A stretch of DNA of 64,000 nt from Vicinamibacteria bacterium (GTDB lineage: Bacteria > Acidobacteriota > Vicinamibacteria > Marinacidobacterales > Marinacidobacteraceae): the NCBI GenBank assembly GCA_963555995.3, contig OY821641.1, forward strand, positions 3,520,001-3,584,000, read 5' to 3'. Each line of letters opens with the position of its first letter. Positions within the stretch are counted from its first letter, which is position 1. Shown piece by piece: positions 28,665 to 37,673 of this stretch. The notes beneath the pieces were generated by a model. It did no database searches, had not been told where the DNA came from, and was given only the letters and a program-made list of their open reading frames with translations. The translations under genes and the position numbers were made by a program.

Positions 28665-29912
28665 TCAGACCGCTCCGACGCTGAGGTCTTCCGGAAGTCG
28701 GGCCATCGCCTCCATGGGGCCGAAGATGCTCTCCACCCCGGAACCGAAGACGTTGCCCGAGAGGATGTCGATGACCCCCTGCCGGCATTCCGGATGCGCC
28801 TTCAGAAAGTCCGCGAAGTTGAAGTCGCGGTCGTAGAAGGCGTACACCAGCTTCCGGAACGCCCGCATCCCGGCGATGAACGGGTCCGCGAAGGCTCCGA
28901 GCGTCGCTCCGGACAGGTCATTTTGTGTCAGTCCGTTGCAGATGGCGTCCGCTGCCCACTCCCCGGACCGGAGGGCGAGCAGCACCCCGGTCGAGTAGAT
29001 GGGGTCGAGGAACGCGAACGCGTCGCCGACCAGCACCCAGCCGTCGCCGGCGATCCGCTCGGCGCAGTAGGAGAAGTCCTGCACCACCCGGACCGGGATT
29101 GCCTGTTCGGCGCCCCGGAGGCGCTCCTCGAGGGCCGGGCAGTTCCGGATCTCGGCATCGAAGCGGGCCTGGGGGTCGCCCGTGCGGTCCATCAGATGGT
29201 CGAGGTCTCCCACCACCCCGACGCTCACCATCTCGCCTGCGAGCGGGATGTACCAGAACCAGGAGTCCCGGTTCCGGGTGTGCATGATCAGCGTCGCGCC
29301 CTCATCAATGCCGGGATCGCGCTTCGCGCCGCGGAAGTGGCTGAAAATGGACACCTTGCGGAGGTGCGGTTCGGCAACCTTGAGCCCAAGCTTGCGGGCA
29401 ATCAGCGCGCTCCGGCCGGTGGCGTCCACCACGACGCGCGCCGGAAGCTCGAACGCGGGGCCGTCAGCCGCCCGGGCGCGGACCCCCACCGCGCGGCCGC
29501 CGTCGAAGAGGACGTCCTGCACCTGGATGCCCCGGCGGACCTCGACGCCCCGATCTCCGGCGTTCTCCAGCAGGAGCGCGTCGAATTCGCTGCGCCGCAC
29601 CTGCCAGGTGGTGGAGCGCTCGTGCGGGTCCGTCTCCGAGAAGTAGAACGGCGCCGACCCGCGGCCGGACGCGCTGAAGAACTGGACGCTGTGCTTCTTC
29701 TGGAAGTGGCTCCTCTTCAGCCGCTCCACGAGGCCGAGCCGCGCGAAGGTCTCGTAGGTGTAGGGCACGAGCGATTCGCCGACCTTGAAGGGCGGCGTCT
29801 TCTCCCGCTCGAGGAGGGCGACCCGGAAGCCCCCCATGGCGACGAGCGTTGCCGCCGTAGCGCCCGCGGGACCGCCGCCCATGACGACGACGTCCAGGTT
29901 CTCGGACCGCAC
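28665..29912 (-). CDS. Flavin-dependent halogenase-like oxidoreductase
   Basis: GGGPAG, KVGESL, FQKK (catalytic Lys position), WFWYIP, GDAFAFLDPIYSTGV. Confidence 0.8.
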   Translation of the reverse strand: MRSENLDVVVMGGGPAGATAATLVAMGGFRVALLEREKTPPFKVGESLVPYTYETFARLGLVERLKRSHFQKKHSVQFFSASGRGSAPFYFSETDPHERSTTWQVRRSEFDALLLENAGDRGVEVRRGIQVQDVLFDGGRAVGVRARAADGPAFELPARVVVDATGRSALIARKLGLKVAEPHLRKVSIFSHFRGAKRDPGIDEGATLIMHTRNRDSWFWYIPLAGEMVSVGVVGDLDHLMDRTGDPQARFDAEIRNCPALEERLRGAEQAIPVRVVQDFSYCAERIAGDGWVLVGDAFAFLDPIYSTGVLLALRSGEWAADAICNGLTQNDLSGATLGAFADPFIAGMRAFRKLVYAFYDRDFNFADFLKAHPECRQGVIDILSGNVFGSGVESIFGPMEAMARLPEDLSVGAV

Positions 29913-29951
29913 GGAATCAGGATAGAGACAAGAACCGTCGCTTCGCGTTCA

Positions 29952-31265
29952 TCAGACGTAGGCGACGCCCCGGTTCTCCGGCTCATAGAACGCGGGGAGC
30001 AGCGAGTCCACCTGAAGGAGACCCTGTGGTGTAAGACGAATTGTGTCACGATCAACCGTCGCCATGCGCTCGCGCTCCAGCTCGCTGAACGCGGGACCGA
30101 ACTCGTCGGTCAGCTCCACCCCGAACTTGTCGCGGAAGTACGAAGGGTCGAGGTACCCGAGCTTCAGTTGCAGGATCGTCTCCCGGATCAGGCGCTCCTT
30201 CGGAGACGTGGCGAGAGCCCGATCCAGGGGAAACGACCCCCGTTCGAGCGCCTCCAGGTAGGCGTCCCAGGACGAGGTGTTCTGATAATGCACACCCCCA
30301 AGGTGGCCAAAAGATGACACTCCCGTAGCCATCATGTCGGCGCCACGCCATAAAGCGTCACGGTAGGTGAAGCGCGCCCCCCGTCCCTTCTTCTTGACCG
30401 TGTAGGCGCTCGAAGGCTCGAAGCCGGCCTTCGCGAACTCCTCGAACGCGTAGGCGTGCCAGTCGCGGCGCGTCTGCCAGCTCGCGAAGAGCGGCGCATC
30501 GCGGTCGCCGTCGAGAATCTTCTTCGCGTACACGGTGTTGTAGGGCAGTTCCATCTGGTACACGGTGACGCTGTCCGGGTCGAGATCAATCGTCTGCTGC
30601 ACCGTGTCCCGCCACAGCTCCCAGGTCTCGCCGAGCATTCCGGCGATCAGGTCCACGTTGACCTGCTGGAAGGCGGCGTCCCGGATCCACGGCATGCACC
30701 GGTAGATCTCCTTCGTGGTGTGGGCGCGTCCGTTCTCCCGCAGGATCGCATCGTTCATGTGCTCGAGGCCGAGGCTCAGCCGCGTGACCCCGATGTCCCG
30801 GATCGCGCGGACCTTGGCCTCGGTCAGGGTGCCCGGCTCGCACTCGAACGCGACCTCGTCCACCTCCGACCACGAGAAGGCGTCCTTCATCCGGACGACC
30901 AGCCCGAGAAGCTGCTTCGGACTGATGAACGACGGGGTCCCGCCGCCGAAGTAGACGAAGTGCAGGGGCCGGCCCGCGAGGTACGGCTGGGCCGCATAGA
31001 ACTCGATCTCCCGCGCCAGCCCGTCGAGGTACCGCTCAACCTCCTTGCTGTTCTTGTCGGTATAGACCCGGAAGTAGCAGAACTTGCACCGCTTCCGGCA
31101 GAAGGGAATGTGGAGATACAGCCCGAGGTCGGGCGGTTCCGGGCCCGGCGGCGCGCCGAGGACTTCGTGAAGCGCCGGCACCTGGTCCGGGTTCCAGCGC
31201 GAGTAGGGCGGGTAGTTGGAGACGAAGACGTTGCCGAGGTCGGATTCGGTGGCTCGCTCGGTCAT
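29952..31265 (-). CDS. HemN-like (class C) radical SAM enzyme
   Basis: LYLHIPFCRKRCKFCYF (CxxxCxxC), FGGGTPS, RLSLG, NVDLIAG, HemN-type C-terminus. Confidence 0.9.
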   Translation of the reverse strand: MTERATESDLGNVFVSNYPPYSRWNPDQVPALHEVLGAPPGPEPPDLGLYLHIPFCRKRCKFCYFRVYTDKNSKEVERYLDGLAREIEFYAAQPYLAGRPLHFVYFGGGTPSFISPKQLLGLVVRMKDAFSWSEVDEVAFECEPGTLTEAKVRAIRDIGVTRLSLGLEHMNDAILRENGRAHTTKEIYRCMPWIRDAAFQQVNVDLIAGMLGETWELWRDTVQQTIDLDPDSVTVYQMELPYNTVYAKKILDGDRDAPLFASWQTRRDWHAYAFEEFAKAGFEPSSAYTVKKKGRGARFTYRDALWRGADMMATGVSSFGHLGGVHYQNTSSWDAYLEALERGSFPLDRALATSPKERLIRETILQLKLGYLDPSYFRDKFGVELTDEFGPAFSELERERMATVDRDTIRLTPQGLLQVDSLLPAFYEPENRGVAYV

Positions 31266-31361
31266 TTCTCAGGTCCCGGCGCTTGCGGGAGGCTCGCTGT
31301 TCAGCAGAAGAAGCCGGATTCTACCGGCTGGTTGGGCCGGAAACGGGATGCCGGGACCGCC

Positions 31362-32696
31362 TCAGCGGCGGCCCAGGGTGACCGGGATGCCGTGGCGCGG
31401 CTTCAGCGTCACCAGCGCCTCCGTCTCGATGGGATGGCCGGGAACGACGCGCATCCGGAACCGCGGCACGAGCCGGGCGAGGATCAACTGGATCTCGAGC
31501 ATCGCCATCCCGGCCCCGATGCAGGTCCGCGGCCCCGCTGCGAACGGCAGGTAGGCGAAGAAATCCCGCTCCTCCGCCTGCTGCGGCGCGAACCGGTCCG
31601 GGTCGAAGCGCTCCGGGTCGGGCCAGAACTCCGGATGCCGGTGGAGCGCCCAGGTGACGATCGCGACCGGGGCGCGCGCCGGCAGCGCGTAGTCGCCGAG
31701 TTCCGTCGCCCTCTCGGTCCGGCGCACGAACCCCCAGACCGGCGGGTAGAGGCGCATCGCCTCCTGCACGACCTGTTTCAGGTACGGGAGCCGGGCGAGG
31801 TCCTCCGTCGCGGCGGGCTCGCCGTGCAGGTTCGCCGCGAGGTGTTCCACGAGCCGCTCCTCGATTTCCGGGTGGGTAGCGAGCAGGTAGAGCGTCCACG
31901 AGAGCGCCATCGCCGACGTCTCGTGCCCGGCGAGGATGAGCGTCACCACCTCGTCCCGGATCTGCCGCTCGTCCATGCCGTCGCCGGTCTCCTCGTCGCG
32001 GGCCGCGAACAGCCGGTCCAGCAGGTCGTCGCTTCCATCGCCGCCCCGCCCGCGGCTGCCCATGAGTCCGTAGATGATCCGGTCCAGACGCTTCATGGCC
32101 CGCTTCCACTTGCGGTTGTGGGGCGTGGGAATCCAGGGCCAGAGCGTCAGGTACCCCCGGAGGTCGTGGGTGGAAAGGTTCACGACGCCCAGGATCTCGG
32201 CCATCTCGCCGGCGTGCTCCCGGATGTCGCGCCCGAAGAGCGTCTCGCCGACGATGTCGAAGGTCAGCGCGCTCATCTCCCGGTCCAGCCAGACGGGTTC
32301 GGCGGCGTCGTGCCGTTCCCACCGGTCCGCCAGCGACGACGTGAGCTCGTTGATCGTCGCATCGAAGCGGGCCAGCCGGCGGCTCGCGAACGCCGGCTGG
32401 ATCAGCCGTCGCTGCCGGACCCAGTCCGGCCCGTCGTTCGTGACCAGCCCGTTCCCCATCAACTGGCGCAGCATCCGGTACTCGATGGTGCTCTTGGAGA
32501 AGTGGCGATGGTCCCGCGTGACGACCGGGCGGATCAGGTCCGGGTGGTTCACGAGGCACATGCTCGTGAGGCCACGCCAGTACACGAGGTCTCCGTACTC
32601 CTGAAGCATCTCGTGCATCGCGGTGTGCGGGTTCCGCGACGCCTGCCGCACCCGGTGGAACCGCGGCGTCGCGGGCGGGCGGCGGCGGTCGGTCAC
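31362..32696 (-). CDS. Cytochrome P450
   Basis: AGHETS, EAMR (ExxR), FDPDRF, PFAAGPRTCIG heme-Cys motif. Confidence 0.95.
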   Translation of the reverse strand: MTDRRRPPATPRFHRVRQASRNPHTAMHEMLQEYGDLVYWRGLTSMCLVNHPDLIRPVVTRDHRHFSKSTIEYRMLRQLMGNGLVTNDGPDWVRQRRLIQPAFASRRLARFDATINELTSSLADRWERHDAAEPVWLDREMSALTFDIVGETLFGRDIREHAGEMAEILGVVNLSTHDLRGYLTLWPWIPTPHNRKWKRAMKRLDRIIYGLMGSRGRGGDGSDDLLDRLFAARDEETGDGMDERQIRDEVVTLILAGHETSAMALSWTLYLLATHPEIEERLVEHLAANLHGEPAATEDLARLPYLKQVVQEAMRLYPPVWGFVRRTERATELGDYALPARAPVAIVTWALHRHPEFWPDPERFDPDRFAPQQAEERDFFAYLPFAAGPRTCIGAGMAMLEIQLILARLVPRFRMRVVPGHPIETEALVTLKPRHGIPVTLGRR

Positions 32697-32715
32697 GAGT
32701 GCGGGGAGGGAGGCG

Positions 32716-33543
32716 TCAGGTCAGCACCACCGCCGCGGGCGGCAGGGTCCCACCGGCCTCCGCCCGGTAGAGCTCCCCGGCGGCTGCCGCGAGGGGAGGA
32801 GCCAGCGATCCCGTGGTGACCACCTCGCCGGCGGCGAGCGGGCTGCCCTGGTCGGCGGCCATCTCCACGAGCACCCCGACCGCATCGAGCGGGTTCCCGA
32901 GGACCATGCGGCCCGCCCCGTCGGCCACATGGCGCGGGGGTTCTGAGCCCGTGGACAGGGTCATGGACACCGTCAGCGCGGCCATCGCGGCGGCGGTGGC
33001 CTCCGGGTCGGTCACCGGGACCGTCGGCCCCACCGCGAGCCCGTGGTGGATCCCGCCGGCCGCGACGGCATCGGCCGGGCGCATGTTCCATCCCGGATAC
33101 GGCGAGTCCACGATCTCGAAGCCGAGGCCGATCTCCGCCACGTGGCGGGCGACCGCGGCGCCCCGGTCTCCGCGCGCGGGGACGGAGCGGAGCACGACCA
33201 CCACCTCGATCTCGACCTTGGGTTCCACGGACCCCGCCATGGAGATTGCCGGAGTTTCCCCGTCCGGCCCCGTGCGGGTCACCGTCTCCTCGAACATGGT
33301 CCCCCACACCGGATGGGTCAGGCCGGCCTTCTCCCAGAGCGCCGGGTTCGTGAACCCGATCTTCCGCCCGGCCACCGGCGAGCGGGCGGCGCGGCGGCAG
33401 GCGACGATCCCCGCCACCTGATACGCCTCGTCGAAACCGAATCCGGGAACGCGGCCGGTGAACGGAGCGAGGCGTCCGCCCGCGGCGCGCGCGGCGATGA
33501 TTTCCTCGGCGATGGTCATGGGATCGAACGACGGGTCGGTCAT
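32716..33543 (-). CDS. Fumarylacetoacetate hydrolase / 2-keto-4-pentenoate hydratase family
   Basis: GRKIGFTN, PVWG, PKVEIE, FEIVDS, GEVVTTGSL. Confidence 0.88.
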   Translation of the reverse strand: MTDPSFDPMTIAEEIIAARAAGGRLAPFTGRVPGFGFDEAYQVAGIVACRRAARSPVAGRKIGFTNPALWEKAGLTHPVWGTMFEETVTRTGPDGETPAISMAGSVEPKVEIEVVVVLRSVPARGDRGAAVARHVAEIGLGFEIVDSPYPGWNMRPADAVAAGGIHHGLAVGPTVPVTDPEATAAAMAALTVSMTLSTGSEPPRHVADGAGRMVLGNPLDAVGVLVEMAADQGSPLAAGEVVTTGSLAPPLAAAAGELYRAEAGGTLPPAAVVLT

Positions 33544-33610
33544 GGAATGCCTCCGACCGGGCAGTGTACGGATTCGGGTAGAGTCAGGCGCCGCCGCCGG
33601 CGCGTCTCCA

Positions 33611-33994
33611 GTGTTCAGCATCTCCGTCCGCGACCACGTGATGTGCTCCCATTCGCTCCGCGGCGAGATCTTCGGCCCGGCGCAGAACCGCCACGGCGCC
33701 ACCTACGCGGTCACCGCCGAGTTCCGCGGCCCGGAACTCGACGAACACGGCGTGCTGCTCGACCTCGCCTGGGCCAAGGACGCTCTCGGGGAAGCGCTCG
33801 CGCCGCTCCGCTACGCGGACCTCGACGAGACGTTCCCCGGCGAGAACACGACCACCGAGTTCCTCTGCCGCCACGTCCACGGCGAACTCGTGCGCCGGCT
33901 GCCGCCGGGTTTCGAGGGCGTGATCCGCGTGGAGCTGGTCGAGAATCCCCTGATGGCGGCGGCCTACGAGGCCCGCGCCTCATCCCGCGCCTGA
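33611..33994 (+). CDS. 6-pyruvoyl tetrahydropterin synthase (QueD-like, T-fold)
   Basis: FSISVRDHVMCSHS, HGATY, NTTTEFL. Confidence 0.8.
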   Translation: MFSISVRDHVMCSHSLRGEIFGPAQNRHGATYAVTAEFRGPELDEHGVLLDLAWAKDALGEALAPLRYADLDETFPGENTTTEFLCRHVHGELVRRLPPGFEGVIRVELVENPLMAAAYEARASSRA

Positions 33995-34008
33995 AAGGAA
34001 GACCGCCC

Positions 34009-35190
34009 TTGTCCGAAGACGATCGTTCCCGGAGCCTCGACACCCGCGCCGTCCACGAGGGGGCGCTGTCCCCCCGGCCGCTCGGCGCCGTTTCGACCCC
34101 GGTCTTCCAGACCGCGAACTTCGAGTACCACGGCGAGCAGTACCACGACGTGGGCTATCTGCGGCTGTCGAACAGCCCGAACCACGCGGTGCTCCACCGC
34201 CGGATCGCGTCGCTCGAAGGAACCGAGGACGCGCTCGTCACCGGGAGCGGCATGGCGGCGATCTCCTCGGCGCTCCTCACCTTCCTGAGCGCTGGGGACC
34301 ACCTGCTGGTGCAGGACGTGGTGTACGGCGGGACCGCCAACATGCTGGCGCACGACCTGCCGCGCTGGGGCATCACCCACACGAAGGTGGACCCGCAGGA
34401 CCCCGCGTCCTGGGAAGCGGCGATGACCCCGGCCACGAAGCTGATCTACGTCGAGACGCTCACGAACCCGCTGGTCCAGATGGCCGACCTGGAGGCGGTG
34501 GCCGCGTTCGCCCGGGCGAACGGGCTGGTCTCCATGATTGACAACACCTTCGCCAGCCCGGTGCTCTGCCGCCCGGCGGAACTCGGCTTCGACCTGGTGA
34601 TGGAGAGCTGCACCAAGTACATGAACGGGCACAACGACCTGGTGGCGGGGTCGGTCGCGGGGTCCGCCGAGCGGGTGCGCCGGATCAAGCTGACCCTCGA
34701 CCACCTCGGGGGTTCGCTCGATCCCCACGCCTGCGTCCTGCTCGAGCGCGGGCTCAAGACCATCGGCCTCCGGGTCCGCCGGCAGTCGGCGAACGCGCTC
34801 GAACTGGCGCGCTTCCTCGAGGGCCGGCCCGAGATCGAGGAGGTCCACTATCCGGGCCTCGCCTCCCACGCCCAGCACGAGCGGGCGGCCCGCCTGCTGA
34901 GCGGCGGCTTCGGGGGGATGCTGGCGTTCGTCCACGCGGGCGGGGGCGAGGAGGCTGACCGGTTCGCGTCGCGCCTCCGCCTTCCCACGGTGGCGGCGAG
35001 CCTCGGCGGGGTGGAGTCGCTCATCGTGCGGCCCGCCGCCGCCATCGTCAGCGGGCTTCCCCCCGAGGCGCGGGCGGAAATGGGCATCATCGAGGCCCTC
35101 ATGCGGTTCTCCACCGGCGTGGAGTCCGCCGAAGACCTGATCGCCGACTTCGCGCAGGCCCTGGGAGCGCCGGTCTCCAGACCGGCATAG
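34009..35190 (+). CDS. Cys/Met metabolism PLP enzyme (cystathionine gamma-lyase/synthase family)
   Basis: SGMAAI, YGGT, ETLTNP, DNTFASP, SCTKYMNGHND, SLGGVESL, RFSTGVE. TTG start after AGGA. Confidence 0.9.
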   Translation: MSEDDRSRSLDTRAVHEGALSPRPLGAVSTPVFQTANFEYHGEQYHDVGYLRLSNSPNHAVLHRRIASLEGTEDALVTGSGMAAISSALLTFLSAGDHLLVQDVVYGGTANMLAHDLPRWGITHTKVDPQDPASWEAAMTPATKLIYVETLTNPLVQMADLEAVAAFARANGLVSMIDNTFASPVLCRPAELGFDLVMESCTKYMNGHNDLVAGSVAGSAERVRRIKLTLDHLGGSLDPHACVLLERGLKTIGLRVRRQSANALELARFLEGRPEIEEVHYPGLASHAQHERAARLLSGGFGGMLAFVHAGGGEEADRFASRLRLPTVAASLGGVESLIVRPAAAIVSGLPPEARAEMGIIEALMRFSTGVESAEDLIADFAQALGAPVSRPA

Positions 35191-35263
35191 CCGCGCCTCT
35201 GGCGCGGCGCCTGGCACTTCACGGGTCCACGCCACGCGCCGCAAGCAGGAGCACACCGGACCG

Positions 35264-35920
35264 ATGGACACGAGGAGGGCGCGGACGGGCGAGCCGAACT
35301 TCCCACCGCTCCCCGCGGAACGCTTCGGGATCATCTACGCCGACCCGCCCTGGGACTACAAGGGCCAGTTGCAGCACGCGGGTCCGGCCAGCGGCGACAC
35401 CGGCGGGGCGGTCCGGCACTATGCGACGGTCACCCTCGACGACCTGAAGAAGCTGCCGGTGGAGGCCATCGCGGCCGACGAGTGCCTCCTCTTCCTCTGG
35501 GCGACGAGCCCGCATCTCGACCAGGCCATCGAGCTGGGCAAGTCCTGGGGATTCGCCTGGGCGACGGTCGCCTTCGTCTGGGACAAGGTGCGGGTGAATC
35601 CCGGCTTTTACACCCTGAGCCAGTGCGAGCTGTGCCTCGTGTTCCGCCGCGGCCGCATCCCCACCCCGCGCGGCGCGCGCAACGTGCGCCAAATGGTCCG
35701 CGCCGAACGCGGACCCCACTCGCAGAAACCCGACGAAGTCCGCCGCCGGATCGAGCGGATGTTCCCCGAGCAGCGGAAGATCGAACTGTTCGCCCGCCGT
35801 AGGGTTCCCGGCTGGTGCGCCTGGGGCCTGGAGTCGGACGGACGCCTCCCGGCCTCGCCCACCGATACCGGTTCCGCGCCGTCTGCGGACGGGGTCGGGC
35901 GGCTCTTCCCCGATTGTTAG
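35264..35920 (+). CDS. MT-A70 family N6-adenine methyltransferase
   Basis: IIYADPPW, LFLWATSP, WGF..FVWDK, HSQKP, IELFAR, GW.AWG. Confidence 0.9.
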   Translation: MDTRRARTGEPNFPPLPAERFGIIYADPPWDYKGQLQHAGPASGDTGGAVRHYATVTLDDLKKLPVEAIAADECLLFLWATSPHLDQAIELGKSWGFAWATVAFVWDKVRVNPGFYTLSQCELCLVFRRGRIPTPRGARNVRQMVRAERGPHSQKPDEVRRRIERMFPEQRKIELFARRRVPGWCAWGLESDGRLPASPTDTGSAPSADGVGRLFPDC

Positions 35921-35930
35921 AGTCCCTTCC

Positions 35931-36350
35931 GTGGCTTGGTGGATCTGGATTGCCGCGGGGGTCGTCCTCGCGGGGCTGGAGATGCTCGCCGGCGGGGAAC
36001 TGTGGCTCCTCTTCGCCGGGGTCGCGGCGATCGTCGTCGGTCTCCTCGCCGGCGTCGGCGTGACCGGGCTGGGGGCGCAACTCCTCGTCTTCTCGGTGCT
36101 GGCGGTCTCCGCGTTCTTCCTGCGGCGGCGGCTGCTCAAGCCGACGGGCGCGGAGCCGGTCGGGAGCGAGTCGCTGGTCGGCGAGCTCGGGACCGCGACC
36201 TCGCCGATCCTGCCCGGCAAGACCGGAGACGCCGAGTTCCGCGGCTCCCGCTGGCCTGCCCGAACGGCTTCCGGGAGTCCCATCGAATCGGGCGCCGCCG
36301 TGCGGGTGGTCCGCATGGAGGGCATCACGCTCTTCGTGGAGCCCGCATGA
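35931..36350 (+). CDS. NfeD family membrane protein
   Basis: N-terminal TM helices, LVGELG, GSRWPAR, VRVVRMEGITLFV. Upstream of an SPFH gene. Confidence 0.88.
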   Translation: MAWWIWIAAGVVLAGLEMLAGGELWLLFAGVAAIVVGLLAGVGVTGLGAQLLVFSVLAVSAFFLRRRLLKPTGAEPVGSESLVGELGTATSPILPGKTGDAEFRGSRWPARTASGSPIESGAAVRVVRMEGITLFVEPA

Positions 36351-36390
36351 AACCGCGCCGCCATCGAGCGCGCGAAGGGGGGAGAGGTCG

Positions 36391-37326
36391 TTGACGACTT
36401 TCCAGATCGTTGCGGGGCTGCTCGCCCTGTTGGTTGTGTACACGCTCTACCGCACCGCCCGCGTCGTGCCGCAGCAGCAGGTGTACGTCGTGGAACGGCT
36501 CGGCCGCTACCACGCCAGTCTCAAGGCCGGCTTCCACCTGCTGGTGCCCTTCCTCGACCGGATCGCCTACAAGCACTCGCTGAAGGAGCGCGCCATTGAC
36601 GTCCCCCAGCAGGTCTGCATCACCCGCGACAACGTCCAGATCGCCGTGGACGGCGTGCTCTACCTGCAGGTCGTGGACGCTCAGCGCGCCTCCTACGGCA
36701 TCGGCGACTACGTGTTCGCGATCGCCCAGCTCGCCCAGACCACGCTCCGGAGCGAGGTCGGCAAGATTGACCTCGACCGCACCTTCGAGGAGCGGGCGGC
36801 GATCAACGCGTCGGTGGTCCAGGAAGTGGACCGCGCCAGCGATCCCTGGGGGGTGAAGGTCCTCCGCTACGAGATCCGCGACATTGCGCCGCCGCGGGAC
36901 GTGCTGGCCGCCATGGAAAAGCAGATGCGCGCCGAGCGCGAGAAGCGCGCCACCATCCTCGAGTCCGAGGCCGACCGCGAGTCGCAGATCAACCGCGCCG
37001 AGGGCGAGAAGCAACGCGTCATCCGCGAATCCGAGGCCCAGCGCCAGAAGCAGATCAACGAGGCGGAGGGCGAGGCCCACGCCATCCGCGCCGTCGCCGA
37101 GGCGACCGCCGAGGGAATCCGCAAGGTGGGCGAGGCGGTCTCCGGCCCCGGCGGCCTCGAATCCGCCCGCATCCGGGTCGCCGAGCAGTACGTGTCAGAA
37201 TTTGGCAATCTCGCCCGAACGAACAACACCATCATTCTGCCGTCCAACCTGGCCGATGTGTCAGGTTTTGTCGCAACAGCGATGGAAGTCATCAAGGGCG
37301 CGGGTACGCCGCCCCCGAAGTCGTAG
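36391..37326 (+). CDS. SPFH/stomatin-like protein (QmcA-like)
   Basis: VVERLGRY, ITRDNV, LAQTTLRSEVG, WGVKVLRYEI, QMRAEREKRA. Confidence 0.93.
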   Translation: MTTFQIVAGLLALLVVYTLYRTARVVPQQQVYVVERLGRYHASLKAGFHLLVPFLDRIAYKHSLKERAIDVPQQVCITRDNVQIAVDGVLYLQVVDAQRASYGIGDYVFAIAQLAQTTLRSEVGKIDLDRTFEERAAINASVVQEVDRASDPWGVKVLRYEIRDIAPPRDVLAAMEKQMRAEREKRATILESEADRESQINRAEGEKQRVIRESEAQRQKQINEAEGEAHAIRAVAEATAEGIRKVGEAVSGPGGLESARIRVAEQYVSEFGNLARTNNTIILPSNLADVSGFVATAMEVIKGAGTPPPKS

Positions 37327-37331
37327 CCGGG

Positions 37332-37673
37332 GGGAGCGCCGGTCTTCAGACCGGCACGCGGCCCGCAGGGCCGCAGGCGGCGCAGGGACGCTCAGCCGCA
37401 TGGGGCACCGGCTTGGAACGCCGGTCTCCAGACCGGCACCCGCGGCCCTCCGGGCCGCGGAAGGGCGCATCGTTATCCGCCTTGGTGGCAGCGCCGTACA
37501 GCAAGCCCCAGCCCGTTCAGGCTGGCGCGGAGGGAAGAATCATCCCGCGGGTCAGCGTCACGCCGTGCGCGGTGCGGAGCACCGCGCGTGCCGGTCAGAG
37601 ACCGGCGTTCCAAGCCGGGGACGCCACCCCGCCAATCAGCGGCACGCAGAGGGAAGAGCCATCCCGCAGACCA
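37332..37673. repeat. REP cluster flanking the IS
   Basis: Hairpins at 37332-37357, 37415-37439 and 37588-37611 (inverted). The last unit continues after the IS at 39051-39121. Confidence 0.85.

Noticed and set aside
29952-31265. Genuine hemN of heme synthesis
   Set aside because: It is outside the hem operon, that operon points to the coproheme route, and its neighbours are tailoring enzymes. Gene symbol withheld.
30456-32819. Long opposite-strand or alternate-frame ORFs (also 49961-52351, 50131-52677, 41482-43644 and others)
   Set aside because: Shadow ORFs expected in very GC-rich DNA. They are Arg/Pro/Gly-rich, lack motifs and overlap well-supported genes.
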